From assembly GCA_001701075.1 (NCBI GenBank), contig DAAK01000131.1, positions 1 through 47,077 on the forward strand: a stretch of DNA of 47,077 nt, in the 5' to 3' direction. Source of the DNA: Bacteroidales bacterium GP3 (GTDB taxonomy: Bacteria > Bacteroidota > Bacteroidia > Bacteroidales > Muribaculaceae). Positions 19,051-28,215 of the stretch are shown in pieces (position 1 is the stretch's first letter; each line of letters opens with the position of its first letter). The notes under the pieces are model-generated. The model saw only the letters and a program-made list of their open reading frames with translations. It did no database searches and was not told where the DNA came from. Made by a program: the position numbers and the translations under genes.

Positions 19051-19288
19051 AGTTTATTTTTATATTTTATAGGTTTTGATTCTTGTTATCAAAACAAACT
19101 CGCTTTGCGAAAGGTTTATTATTTTTGTCAATTTATATCGCAAATGATCAATCTTTCCGAATTTAGATATTTTTTGACCCTTCCCTCGTAGACTATTAGA
19201 GAAAATTATGTAAAATCGTTTTAAGATTTGTGATTTTTTTATTAACTTTGCCATTTTGAAAGCAATTTACAACACTAAAGGACGCTTT

Positions 19289-20818
19289 ATGGAAATAAAA
19301 GACAAGTCTACATCCCAACATAAGAAAAAGGAGTCCACTCAAACATCACTGAAATCTTTCAGACGATTGTTGGCTGTGATCTCAATTCTTCTGATTACTC
19401 CACTATTCCTCGACTTTACAGGAACATGGCAAGCTCTTTTTGGATGGATGGCGAAGATTCAGTTTCTTCCGGCAGTGCTTTCCTTAAATGTTCTTGTGAT
19501 TTTGGCGTTGATTATCCTTACCTTGCTTATGGGGCGCCTATATTGCTCTGTGATTTGTCCTTTAGGTATCATGCAGGATGGTTTCGGATGGTTTGGTAAG
19601 AAAGCTAAGAAAAACAGATATTCTTATTCCAAACCTAAAAATATTCTCCGATATACATTCCTCGGCATCATGGTGATAGCCATAATATCAGGAATCAATT
19701 CAATGGTAGCCCTTCTTGCTCCCTATAGCGCATATGGCAGGATTGTATCAAGTATTCTTAAGCCTGTTTGGATTTGGGGCAACAATATTCTTGCTTCATG
19801 GGCAGAGCAACATCAAAGCTATGCTTTCTATAATGTGGAGTATTGGCAAAATGGCTATGGCGTGCTGATTGTAGCGGTTGTCACATTGATTGCTTTGGCT
19901 ATACTTGCATGGCGCAATGGCAGGACATATTGCAATACCATTTGCCCTGTCGGAACAATTCTTGGGTTCTTTTCGCGTTTCTCAATTTTCCGAATTGTTA
20001 TCGATAAGTCGAAGTGTGTTGATTGTAAACTTTGTTCACGCAATTGTAAGTCATCATGTATTGATATTTCTAATCATGATATTGATTATTCACGCTGTGT
20101 GTCTTGTTTCGATTGTATTGGCAAGTGCAATGAGGGAGCTATTTCATATAAGTATGTAGGTATAAAAACAGTAAAGTCAATTTCTGGGAAAGAAAATATG
20201 GATGGTTCTCGCCGTCAATTCCTGTCTGTGGCGGCTCTTGTCGGAACTACTACAGCTCTTTCTGCAGCTGACAAGACCGTAGATGGAGGTCTTGCTGCAA
20301 TAGAAGACAAAAAGATACCGGAACGCAAGACTCGTATCGTCCCTCCTGGAGCGATAAGCTTGAGAAACCTTCATAATCACTGCACGGCATGCCAGCTTTG
20401 TGTCTCAGCTTGTCCGAACGGAGTTTTGAGGCCGATGATGGATTTAGAAAACTTCATGCAGCCAGAATCTTCCTATGAGCGTGGATATTGCCGACCTGAA
20501 TGTACGCGTTGTTCAGATGTTTGCCCAACTGGTGCTATCAGACCAATTGATACTGCCGACAAGTCTTCGATTCAGATCGGACACGCAGTTTGGGTTAAGG
20601 CCAATTGTGTGCCTCTCACAGATGGTGTGGAATGTGGCAACTGCGCACGCCACTGCCCCACTGATGCCATTACTATGGTGGAGGCCGGTAATGGACATAA
20701 GATACCGGCTATAAACACGGAAAGATGCATCGGTTGTGGAGCTTGCGAAAATCTATGCCCGGCTCGTCCTTTTAGTGCCATTTATGTAGAAGGTCATGAG
20801 AACCATCGGATTATTTAA
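19289..20818 (+). CDS. Membrane polyferredoxin (NapH/MauN-like membrane part fused to NapG/MauM-like ferredoxin)
   Basis: About five TM helices, GRLYCSVICPLG and YCNTICPVG, six CxxCxxCxxxC-type motifs, internal SRRQFLS; likely ATG at 19289 (TAACTTTG -7 box at 19243-19250). Confidence 0.88.
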   Translation: MEIKDKSTSQHKKKESTQTSLKSFRRLLAVISILLITPLFLDFTGTWQALFGWMAKIQFLPAVLSLNVLVILALIILTLLMGRLYCSVICPLGIMQDGFGWFGKKAKKNRYSYSKPKNILRYTFLGIMVIAIISGINSMVALLAPYSAYGRIVSSILKPVWIWGNNILASWAEQHQSYAFYNVEYWQNGYGVLIVAVVTLIALAILAWRNGRTYCNTICPVGTILGFFSRFSIFRIVIDKSKCVDCKLCSRNCKSSCIDISNHDIDYSRCVSCFDCIGKCNEGAISYKYVGIKTVKSISGKENMDGSRRQFLSVAALVGTTTALSAADKTVDGGLAAIEDKKIPERKTRIVPPGAISLRNLHNHCTACQLCVSACPNGVLRPMMDLENFMQPESSYERGYCRPECTRCSDVCPTGAIRPIDTADKSSIQIGHAVWVKANCVPLTDGVECGNCARHCPTDAITMVEAGNGHKIPAINTERCIGCGACENLCPARPFSAIYVEGHENHRII

Positions 20819-20841
20819 TGTTTAACGAGGATTTTTCAGAT

Positions 20842-22227
20842 ATGAGCAATAAGATTAATCGTAGGGAATTTCTTAAGAGATTTGGTATAGGAACCTCGTT
20901 GACAGGTTTGGCAATAGCGGGATGTAAGAACGCTGAAAAAAAGATAGTGGCCACTCCTGAATCCGAAGGAGGAGAAATGACTTATCGAATAAATCCAAAG
21001 ACTGGGGAAAAGGTTTCAATCCTCGGTTATGGATGCATGCGTTGGCCTACCAAACCAGCAGAAAATGGTAATGAAGGAGAAGAAGAATTAGACCAGGAGA
21101 TGATAAATCGCCTCGTAGACATAGCTCTTGAAAATGGAGTGAATTATTTCGATACGTCGCCAGCCTATTGCCAAGGAAAGTCGGAAGGAGCTACAGGAAT
21201 TGCTTTGAGCCGTCACCCCAGAGAAAGCTATTACATAGCCACAAAACTGTCTAATTTCGCACCTCAGACTCAATCAAGGGAAGCTTCGATTGCTATGTAT
21301 AATAATTCCTTGAAGGAACTTCAGACGGATTATATCGACTACATGTTGCTTCATGCAGTTGGAGGTGGCGGATTGGACAATCTTAATCAAAGATATATCG
21401 ACAATGGTATCCTTGATTTCCTTCTTGAAGAAAGAGAAAAAGGACGGATTAAAAATCTGGGATTCTCCTATCATGGCGATATTGAGGTGTTTGATTATCT
21501 TCTCTCGAAGCATGATGAGTATAAGTGGGATTTCGTGCAGATCCAGCTTAACTATATGGATTGGAAACGCTCAAAAGACGAGGAACCTCTTAGTGTCAAT
21601 GCTCACTATCTATACGATGAACTTGAAAAACGTGGGATTCCGGCAGTAATCATGGAACCTCTCTTGGGAGGACGACTTGCAAAAGTGCCTGATAATATTG
21701 CCCATAGGCTCAAGCAGCAGAATCCTGAAGAGAGTGTGGCATCATGGGCGTTTCGTTTTGCCGGGACACACCCAGGTGTGCTTACGGTATTGAGTGGCAT
21801 GACATATATGGAGCATCTTGAAGATAATCTTCACACATATAGTCCCCTTGATCCTCTTTCAGAAGAAGAGTTAGCATTTCTTCAGGAGACTGCTGATATA
21901 ATGAAGCAATATCCAACAGTGCCTTGCAATGATTGCAAATACTGCATGCCATGTCCTTATGGCATTGACATACCTGCAAATCTTCTTCACTACAATAAGT
22001 GTGTAAATGAAGATAATATCCCCACTACGAGGCAGTCTCGTCAGTATGCGCAAGCACGAAAGGCATTTCTTGTAGAATATGACCGCTCTGTTCCCAAATT
22101 GCGGCAGGCGAGCCACTGCATCGGATGCGGACAATGTGCTCCTCATTGTCCACAAGACATCGACATCCCAGGAGAATTACATCGCATTGATGAATATGTG
22201 GAGAAGCTCAAACAACAGACACTCTGA
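20842..22227 (+). CDS. Aldo/keto reductase with Tat/lipoprotein signal and C-terminal 4Fe-4S dicluster
   Basis: NRREFLK...LAIAGC; LGYGCMR, FDTSPAY, IATK, LLH catalytic tetrad; CNDCKYCMPCP and CIGCGQCAPHCPQ. Confidence 0.9.
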   Translation: MSNKINRREFLKRFGIGTSLTGLAIAGCKNAEKKIVATPESEGGEMTYRINPKTGEKVSILGYGCMRWPTKPAENGNEGEEELDQEMINRLVDIALENGVNYFDTSPAYCQGKSEGATGIALSRHPRESYYIATKLSNFAPQTQSREASIAMYNNSLKELQTDYIDYMLLHAVGGGGLDNLNQRYIDNGILDFLLEEREKGRIKNLGFSYHGDIEVFDYLLSKHDEYKWDFVQIQLNYMDWKRSKDEEPLSVNAHYLYDELEKRGIPAVIMEPLLGGRLAKVPDNIAHRLKQQNPEESVASWAFRFAGTHPGVLTVLSGMTYMEHLEDNLHTYSPLDPLSEEELAFLQETADIMKQYPTVPCNDCKYCMPCPYGIDIPANLLHYNKCVNEDNIPTTRQSRQYAQARKAFLVEYDRSVPKLRQASHCIGCGQCAPHCPQDIDIPGELHRIDEYVEKLKQQTL

Positions 22228-22241
22228 GTTTGAAATTTCAT

Positions 22242-22257
22242 TATGTTATATAACATA
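22242..22257. promoter_or_regulatory. Perfect 16-bp palindrome upstream of the serC promoter
   Basis: TATGTTATATAACATA; -7 box TAAATTTG at 22311-22318. Confidence 0.45.
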
Positions 22258-22385
22258 TGTTGATGTCTAAATTTTTTGAAGAAATAATTGGCAAATTGAT
22301 ATTATTTGATTAAATTTGCACTTGTGAATAGTAGTTCATATTAACATTGAGATAGTAAACATTCATACATCTAAATTAAATAAAG

Positions 22386-23456
22386 ATGAAGAAACACAAT
22401 TTCTATGCAGGCCCATCCATTTTGAGCCAGTACACAATCAAGAATACAGCGGACGCTATCATCGACTTCGCTGACATGGGTCTTTCGATCCTTGAAATCT
22501 CTCACCGTAGCAAACAATTCCAGGCCGTGGTTGACGAGGCTGTCGCTCTTGTAAAGGAGTTGCTCGAAGTGCCTGAAGGATATAGCGTCCTTTTCCTTGG
22601 TGGCGGTGCAAGTCTACAGTTCGCAATGGCTCCTATGAACTTCCTCAATACTAAGGCTGCATATCTTGACACCGGCGTATGGGCTTCTAAGGCCATCAAA
22701 GAAGCAAAGCTTTTTGGAGAGGTTGATGTTGTAGCTTCTGGTAAGGATTCCAAGTACACAGTTATTCCTACCGGATGGACTGTTCCTTCTGATGTAGACT
22801 ACTTCCATTACACATCAAACAATACTATTTACGGAACAGAAATCCGCAAGGATCCAGAAGTTCCCGTACCGATGATCTGCGACATGAGCTCAGATATATT
22901 CTCACGCCCAGTTGACGTAAGCAAATACGATCTCATCTATGCAGGCGCACAGAAGAACCTTGCTCCTTCTGGCGTGACTATTTGCATCGTGAAAGACGCT
23001 GCTCTCGACAAGGTAAGCCGAGTGATTCCTACTATGCTCAAATATAAGACCCACGTTGACAAGGGCTCTATGTTCAATACTCCTCCGGTACTTCCTATCT
23101 TTGCCGCTCTGCAGACTCTCAAATATTACAAGAGCCTCGGTGGCATCCGCGAGATAGAGAAGATGGATCTTGCAAAGGCCGCTCGTCTCTATGAGGCAAT
23201 CGACACAAGCAAGATGTTTGTGGCCACTGTCCAGGATAAGGCTTCACGTTCTATCATGAATGTATGCTTCGTAATGAAGCCGGAATATGCTGAATTTGAG
23301 AAAGACTTCATCGATTTCGCTACTTCCAAGGGCATCATCGGCATCAAGGGTCATCGTGATGTAGGTGGTTTCCGCGCATCTCTCTACAATGCTCTTCCAA
23401 TGGAGTCAGTTGATGCACTCGTGGAATGCATGCATGAGTTTGAATCACTTCACTAA
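22386..23456 (+). CDS. serC: Phosphoserine aminotransferase
   Basis: [33 protein letters not shown] (PLP Lys), [15 protein letters not shown]. Confidence 0.97.
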   Translation: MKKHNFYAGPSILSQYTIKNTADAIIDFADMGLSILEISHRSKQFQAVVDEAVALVKELLEVPEGYSVLFLGGGASLQFAMAPMNFLNTKAAYLDTGVWASKAIKEAKLFGEVDVVASGKDSKYTVIPTGWTVPSDVDYFHYTSNNTIYGTEIRKDPEVPVPMICDMSSDIFSRPVDVSKYDLIYAGAQKNLAPSGVTICIVKDAALDKVSRVIPTMLKYKTHVDKGSMFNTPPVLPIFAALQTLKYYKSLGGIREIEKMDLAKAARLYEAIDTSKMFVATVQDKASRSIMNVCFVMKPEYAEFEKDFIDFATSKGIIGIKGHRDVGGFRASLYNALPMESVDALVECMHEFESLH

Positions 23457-23484
23457 ACAATAAACAATTAAACGATTAAACAAA
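23454..23484 (+). repeat. 7/8-bp tandem repeat filling the serC-serA junction
   Basis: TAAACAA TAAACAAT TAAACGAT TAAACAAA, starting at the serC stop codon. Confidence 0.65.
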
Positions 23485-23488
23485 TCGT

Positions 23489-24406
23489 ATGAAAATTTTA
23501 GTATTTACAGAAAAGCCTTTTGCTTCTAATGCGGTTAAGGCTATTGAAAATACAGTCAATGCGAGTGGCAATGAGCTTGAACTCGTGGAGATGGGCACAC
23601 GTGAGGATCTTCTTAATGCAGTTAAGGATGTAGAAGGACTCATCGTACGCAGTGACAAAGTGGATGCAGAGGTAATGGAACATGCTCCGAAGCTGAAGGT
23701 TATTGTCCGCGCTGGAGCCGGATATGACAACATCGACCTTGAGGCTGCCACAAAGCATGGCATCTGCGTCATGAACACTCCTGGCCAGAACTCTAATGCT
23801 GTTGCAGAACTCGTCTTTGGTATGGTTGTCATGATGTGCCGTAATATGTATAATGGTAAATCTGGCTCAGAGCTTAAGGGCAAGAACCTTGGTATATATG
23901 CATTTGGTCAGGTTGGTCGTAACGTGGCAAGAATCGCCAAAGGTTTTGGAATGAACATTTCTGCTCTCGACAAGTTTGTGGATGATGCAGTTATGGAAGC
24001 CGAGGGTGTGCGCCCTGTGCATGATGTAGATGCACTCTTCTCAGAGAATGATTTCGTGTCTCTCCACATTCCGGCAACTGCAGAGACAAAAGGAAGTATC
24101 GGCTACGACCTCGTGATGAAGATGCCTAAGGGTGGTGTGCTTATCAACACTGCACGTAAGGAAGTGATTGACGAGGCTGGTCTGATGAAAGCTCTTGAAG
24201 AGCGTCCCGACCTCCGCTATGTCAGCGATATCAAGCCGGATACTGCAGAGGAATTCGAGAAGAAATTCGGTGCGCGCGTATTCTTCACTCCTAAGAAAAT
24301 GGGAGCACAGACTGCCGAAGCCAATTTCAATGCAGGCGTAGCTGCAGCAGAGCAGGTGATAGCTTACCTCAAGGATGGCTGGAACAAATATCAGGTAAAT
24401 AAATAA
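23489..24406 (+). CDS. serA: D-3-phosphoglycerate dehydrogenase (short form, no ACT domain)
   Basis: VRAGAGYDNID, NTPGQNSNAVAEL, AFGQVG, SLHIP, INTAR, TPKKMGAQT; adjacent to serC. Confidence 0.9.
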   Translation: MKILVFTEKPFASNAVKAIENTVNASGNELELVEMGTREDLLNAVKDVEGLIVRSDKVDAEVMEHAPKLKVIVRAGAGYDNIDLEAATKHGICVMNTPGQNSNAVAELVFGMVVMMCRNMYNGKSGSELKGKNLGIYAFGQVGRNVARIAKGFGMNISALDKFVDDAVMEAEGVRPVHDVDALFSENDFVSLHIPATAETKGSIGYDLVMKMPKGGVLINTARKEVIDEAGLMKALEERPDLRYVSDIKPDTAEEFEKKFGARVFFTPKKMGAQTAEANFNAGVAAAEQVIAYLKDGWNKYQVNK

Positions 24407-24425
24407 AATCCTTCACATAACGATG

Positions 24426-24458
24426 AAGAGGCTGTCTAAACTTTTAGGCAGCCTCTTT
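24426..24458. terminator. Bidirectional terminator between serA and trpB2
   Basis: AAGAGGCTGTCTAAA-CT-TTTAGGCAGCCTCTT, long stem with one G-U pair. Confidence 0.8.
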
Positions 24459-24479
24459 ACGTTTTCTAAATTGTTTTGT

Positions 24480-25841
24480 TTATTTCACATTTTTCAGTTT
24501 TTCGGTGTTCTTCTCGATTATCTCGTCAGAAACATGATAATTGGAAAGGTCGCCGGAGATATAGCTGTCGTAAGCTGCCATATCGATCAGACCATGACCG
24601 GAGAGATTGAAGAGTATTACAGGTGCTGTACCTTCTTCATTTGCCTTCTTAGCCTCGCGGATTGCAGTTGCTATGGCATGAGAGCTCTCTGGAGCTGGAA
24701 TGATACCTTCTGTCTGTGCAAAGAGAGTAGCAGCAGCAAAAGTCTCAAGCTGAGGAATGTCAACAGCTTCTATCAAATCTTGGCTCTTAAGCTGACTTAC
24801 TACAGATCCGGCACCATGATAACGCAAGCCTCCTGCATGGATATTTGCTGGAGCAAAATCGTGGCCTAATGTATACATTGGGATCATTGGAGTATATCCT
24901 GCCTCATCACCGAAATCATAACGTAGTTTTCCTCTTGTCAGTTTGGGACATGATTCCGGTTCTGCGGCTATGAAGCGAGTGTTGCGTTCTCCGCTGAAAT
25001 TATGCCGCAAGAATGGGAATGAAATACCAGAGAAGTTACTTCCACCTCCGAAGCATCCAATCACGATGTCTGGGTACTCCCCTGCCATCTCCATCTGTTT
25101 TTCTGCTTCAAGACCAATTACTGTCTGGTGAAGAGCCACATGATTGAGAACAGAACCAAGTACATACTTACAGTTTTCTGTTGCCATTGCAAGCTCTACA
25201 GCCTCTGAGATAGCAGTTCCAAGTGAACCTTGATAAGTTGGATTCTCGGTGATTATCTTGCGACCAGCCTTTGTTGACATGGAGGGTGAAGCTATTACTT
25301 CAGCTCCATATGTCTGCATTATAGAACGGCGGTATGGTTTTTGGTTGAATGAAACCTTAACCATGTAAACGGCAAGGTTAAGTCCGAAATGCTTGGCAGC
25401 GAGAGAGAGGGCTGCTCCCCATTGTCCAGCACCGGTCTCAGTAGTAATGTTAGTGACTCCCTCTTTCTTGCAGAAATATGCCTGAGGTATTGCGGAATTC
25501 AGTTTATGACTTCCTACGGGACTTACACTTTCATTCTTAAAATATATGTGAGCTTTTGTTCCAAGAGCCTTTTCAAGTCCCCTTGCACGAACAAGTGGCG
25601 TAGGACGATAGATCTTATACATCTCTCTCACTTCTTCTGGAATCTCAATAAACCGGTCTGTATCGTTCAATTCCTGTAGTGATGCCTCTTTTGAGAAAAG
25701 TGGCATAAGATCCTCAGCTTTCAGAGGTTCGCCAGTGCCGGGGTTTATCATGGGTTGTGGCTTCACCGGCATGTCGGCTACGATGTTATACCATGCGGTA
25801 GGTATATCTTTCTCCTGTAGGAGAAATTTTTTAGATTCCAT
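24480..25841 (-). CDS. trpB: TrpB2-type (stand-alone) tryptophan synthase beta-like PLP enzyme
   Basis: IPTAWYNI N-terminal extension, GSHKLN (PLP Lys), TETGAGQWG, GGGSNFSG, HAGGLRYHG, PAPESSHA, NLSGHG; 453 aa; no trpA adjacent. Confidence 0.93.
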   Translation of the reverse strand: MESKKFLLQEKDIPTAWYNIVADMPVKPQPMINPGTGEPLKAEDLMPLFSKEASLQELNDTDRFIEIPEEVREMYKIYRPTPLVRARGLEKALGTKAHIYFKNESVSPVGSHKLNSAIPQAYFCKKEGVTNITTETGAGQWGAALSLAAKHFGLNLAVYMVKVSFNQKPYRRSIMQTYGAEVIASPSMSTKAGRKIITENPTYQGSLGTAISEAVELAMATENCKYVLGSVLNHVALHQTVIGLEAEKQMEMAGEYPDIVIGCFGGGSNFSGISFPFLRHNFSGERNTRFIAAEPESCPKLTRGKLRYDFGDEAGYTPMIPMYTLGHDFAPANIHAGGLRYHGAGSVVSQLKSQDLIEAVDIPQLETFAAATLFAQTEGIIPAPESSHAIATAIREAKKANEEGTAPVILFNLSGHGLIDMAAYDSYISGDLSNYHVSDEIIEKNTEKLKNVK

Positions 25842-26011
25842 ACTAAAATAGTTGTTATTGTTTGAATAAATATTGAATATGCGATAAAATTATGCATAAT
25901 ATTACATTATTCTGCATATCTATATAACAAAATATTTTGAAAATCTATCATGTATAAAATAAAATAGATTTAAGAATTGCACATTAGGACTACTTTTTGT
26001 AATTTTGCACT

Positions 26012-26560
26012 ATGATTACAGCATCACAGAAAAAAAGAGAAAATATTGCGGAATATCTGCTTTATATGTGGCAGATAGAAGATTTGATCAGGGCTTTTGG
26101 CCTGGATCTTGATCGCATTCAGGAAAATATAGTTAATAAGCATGAAGGGCTTTCTGAAGAGCAGCGCAAGGAAATGACTGAGTGGTATGAGTCGCTTATC
26201 GACATGATGCGTCGTGAAGGTGTAGTGGAAAAAGGACACCTGCAGCTCAACAAGAATGTCATTATAGCACTCGACGACCTCAACGCGAGGTTGGTGAAGG
26301 ATCCGAAATATGCAAAATATGCAGCGGAATATTATAAGATTCTTCCTCTTATAGTAGAACTTCGCGCAAAAGCTGGTGAGAACAAGGCAGGCGAGATGGA
26401 AACTCTATTCAATTTCCTCTATGGCATACTTATGCTTAGGATTCAGGGAAAGGAAATATCAAAAGAGACTCTGGATGCGGCCAATGAAGTATCGCATTTC
26501 TTGGGTACTCTCGCGCAATATTATAAAAAAGACTTCAACAACGAGCTTGACCTTGAATAA
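26012..26560 (+). CDS. Conserved Bacteroidales protein (DUF4924-like)
   Basis: KRENIAEYLLYMWQIEDLIRA N-terminus; helical, 182 aa. Confidence 0.75.
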   Translation: MITASQKKRENIAEYLLYMWQIEDLIRAFGLDLDRIQENIVNKHEGLSEEQRKEMTEWYESLIDMMRREGVVEKGHLQLNKNVIIALDDLNARLVKDPKYAKYAAEYYKILPLIVELRAKAGENKAGEMETLFNFLYGILMLRIQGKEISKETLDAANEVSHFLGTLAQYYKKDFNNELDLE

Positions 26561-26563
26561 GAC

Positions 26564-28147
26564 ATGTCTGAAGAATTAAATAAAGAAATAGCACGACGTC
26601 GTACGTTTGCAATTATCTCCCATCCTGACGCCGGTAAGACTACCCTCACTGAAAAATTGCTGCTTTTCGGTGGCGCTATCCACGTAGCAGGAGCCGTGAA
26701 AAGCAATAAGATTAAGAAGACTGCTACATCCGACTGGATGGAGATAGAAAAGCAGCGTGGTATCTCTGTTGCTACCTCAGTGATGGGTTTTAACTATAAG
26801 GATTATAAAATTAACATCCTTGACACTCCTGGTCACCAGGACTTCGCGGAAGATACATTTCGTACGTTGACAGCCGTAGACTCGGTAATAATCGTAGTTG
26901 ACGTGGCTAAGGGTGTAGAGACACAGACCCGTCGTTTGATGGAGGTTTGCCGCATGAGGAAGACTCCGGTGATTATCTTCGTCAACAAACTTGACCGTGA
27001 AGGTCGGGATCCGTTTGACATCCTTGATGAACTTGAACAGGAACTGAAGATATCAGTGCGTCCTCTCTCTTGGCCAATTAATATAGGAGAGAAGTTCAAG
27101 GGTGTCTATAATATTTATGAGCATGGTCTTGATCTTTTCACTCCTTCCAAACAGACAATAAGCGAGCGTGTTGAGATTGAGGATGTCAACTCCCCTATTG
27201 TTGATGAGCTCGTAGGTAAAGCTGATGCTGACAAACTGCGTGAGGATCTTGAACTCATTGAAGGGGTCTATCCAGAGTTTGACAAAGAGGCTTATCTTCG
27301 CGGTGAAGTGGCTCCAGTATTCTTTGGTTCTGCTCTCAATACTTTCGGGGTTAAGGAACTTCTTGACTGCTTCTGCGAGATTGCCCCAGCCCCTCTACCT
27401 ATTGATGCTGTGGAACGCACGGTGGATCCAAAGGAAGAAGCATTCACAGGATTTGTCTTCAAGATACATGCCAACATGGATCCGAATCATCGAAGTTGTA
27501 TCGCTTTCGTCAAGATATGCAGCGGCAAATTTGAACGCAATGTCAACTACAAGCATGTGCGTCAGAATAAAATGATGAAATTTGCGGCGCCTACAGCTTT
27601 CATGGCTCAGAAAAAGAATATCGTGGATGAGGCTTATCCAGGGGATATTGTTGGTATTCCAGATACAGGTAATTTCAAGATTGGAGACACCTTGACTTCA
27701 GGGGAAAATCTACATTTCAAGGGACTCCCTTCTTTCTCTCCTGAAATGTTCAAGTATCTTGAGAATGCTGATCCGATGAAAGCAAAGCAACTTGACAAGG
27801 GCATCAATCAGCTTATGGATGAAGGTGTCGCGCAGATGTTTATCAACCAGTTTAATGGACGGAAGATTATCGGTACGGTCGGACAATTGCAATTTGAAGT
27901 AATCCAGTATCGTCTTTTACATGAATATGGTGCACAGTGTCGCTGGGAGCCCATCAGCCTTTATAAGGCATGTTGGATAGAAAGCGACGACCAAGAAGCT
28001 CTTGAGGCCTTCAAGAAACGTAAATACCAATTCATGGCAAAAGACAAAGAAGGACGCGATGTGTTCATGGCAGACAGCAACTATGTCCTCCAGATGGCCC
28101 AAACCGACTTCCCAAAAATCCGCTTCCATTTCTCCTCCGAATTTTAA
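26564..28147 (+). CDS. prfC: Peptide chain release factor 3
   Basis: [48 protein letters not shown]. Confidence 0.98.
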   Translation: MSEELNKEIARRRTFAIISHPDAGKTTLTEKLLLFGGAIHVAGAVKSNKIKKTATSDWMEIEKQRGISVATSVMGFNYKDYKINILDTPGHQDFAEDTFRTLTAVDSVIIVVDVAKGVETQTRRLMEVCRMRKTPVIIFVNKLDREGRDPFDILDELEQELKISVRPLSWPINIGEKFKGVYNIYEHGLDLFTPSKQTISERVEIEDVNSPIVDELVGKADADKLREDLELIEGVYPEFDKEAYLRGEVAPVFFGSALNTFGVKELLDCFCEIAPAPLPIDAVERTVDPKEEAFTGFVFKIHANMDPNHRSCIAFVKICSGKFERNVNYKHVRQNKMMKFAAPTAFMAQKKNIVDEAYPGDIVGIPDTGNFKIGDTLTSGENLHFKGLPSFSPEMFKYLENADPMKAKQLDKGINQLMDEGVAQMFINQFNGRKIIGTVGQLQFEVIQYRLLHEYGAQCRWEPISLYKACWIESDDQEALEAFKKRKYQFMAKDKEGRDVFMADSNYVLQMAQTDFPKIRFHFSSEF

Positions 28148-28160
28148 TTTGAATTCAATT

Positions 28161-28205
28161 AAATAAAAATAGCCTGTTGAATTTTTCAGCAGGCTATTTT
28201 ATTTT
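28161..28205. terminator. Bidirectional terminator between prfC and GH28
   Basis: AAAATAGCCTGTTGAA-TTT-TTCAGCAGGCTATTTT with A/T tails on both sides. Confidence 0.85.
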
Positions 28206-28215
28206 AGGTTTTAGT

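Noticed and set aside
19060..19254. 64-aa ORF between rbr and the polyferredoxin
   Set aside because: AT-rich divergent promoter region that overlaps a -7 box; K/I/F-biased composition is what non-coding DNA yields.
24426..24458. GAGGCTGTCTAAA...TTTAGGCAGCCTC as IS end or MITE
   Set aside because: No transposase or target-site duplication; its position between convergent genes is explained by a terminator. Only weak similarity to the hairpin at 873-904.
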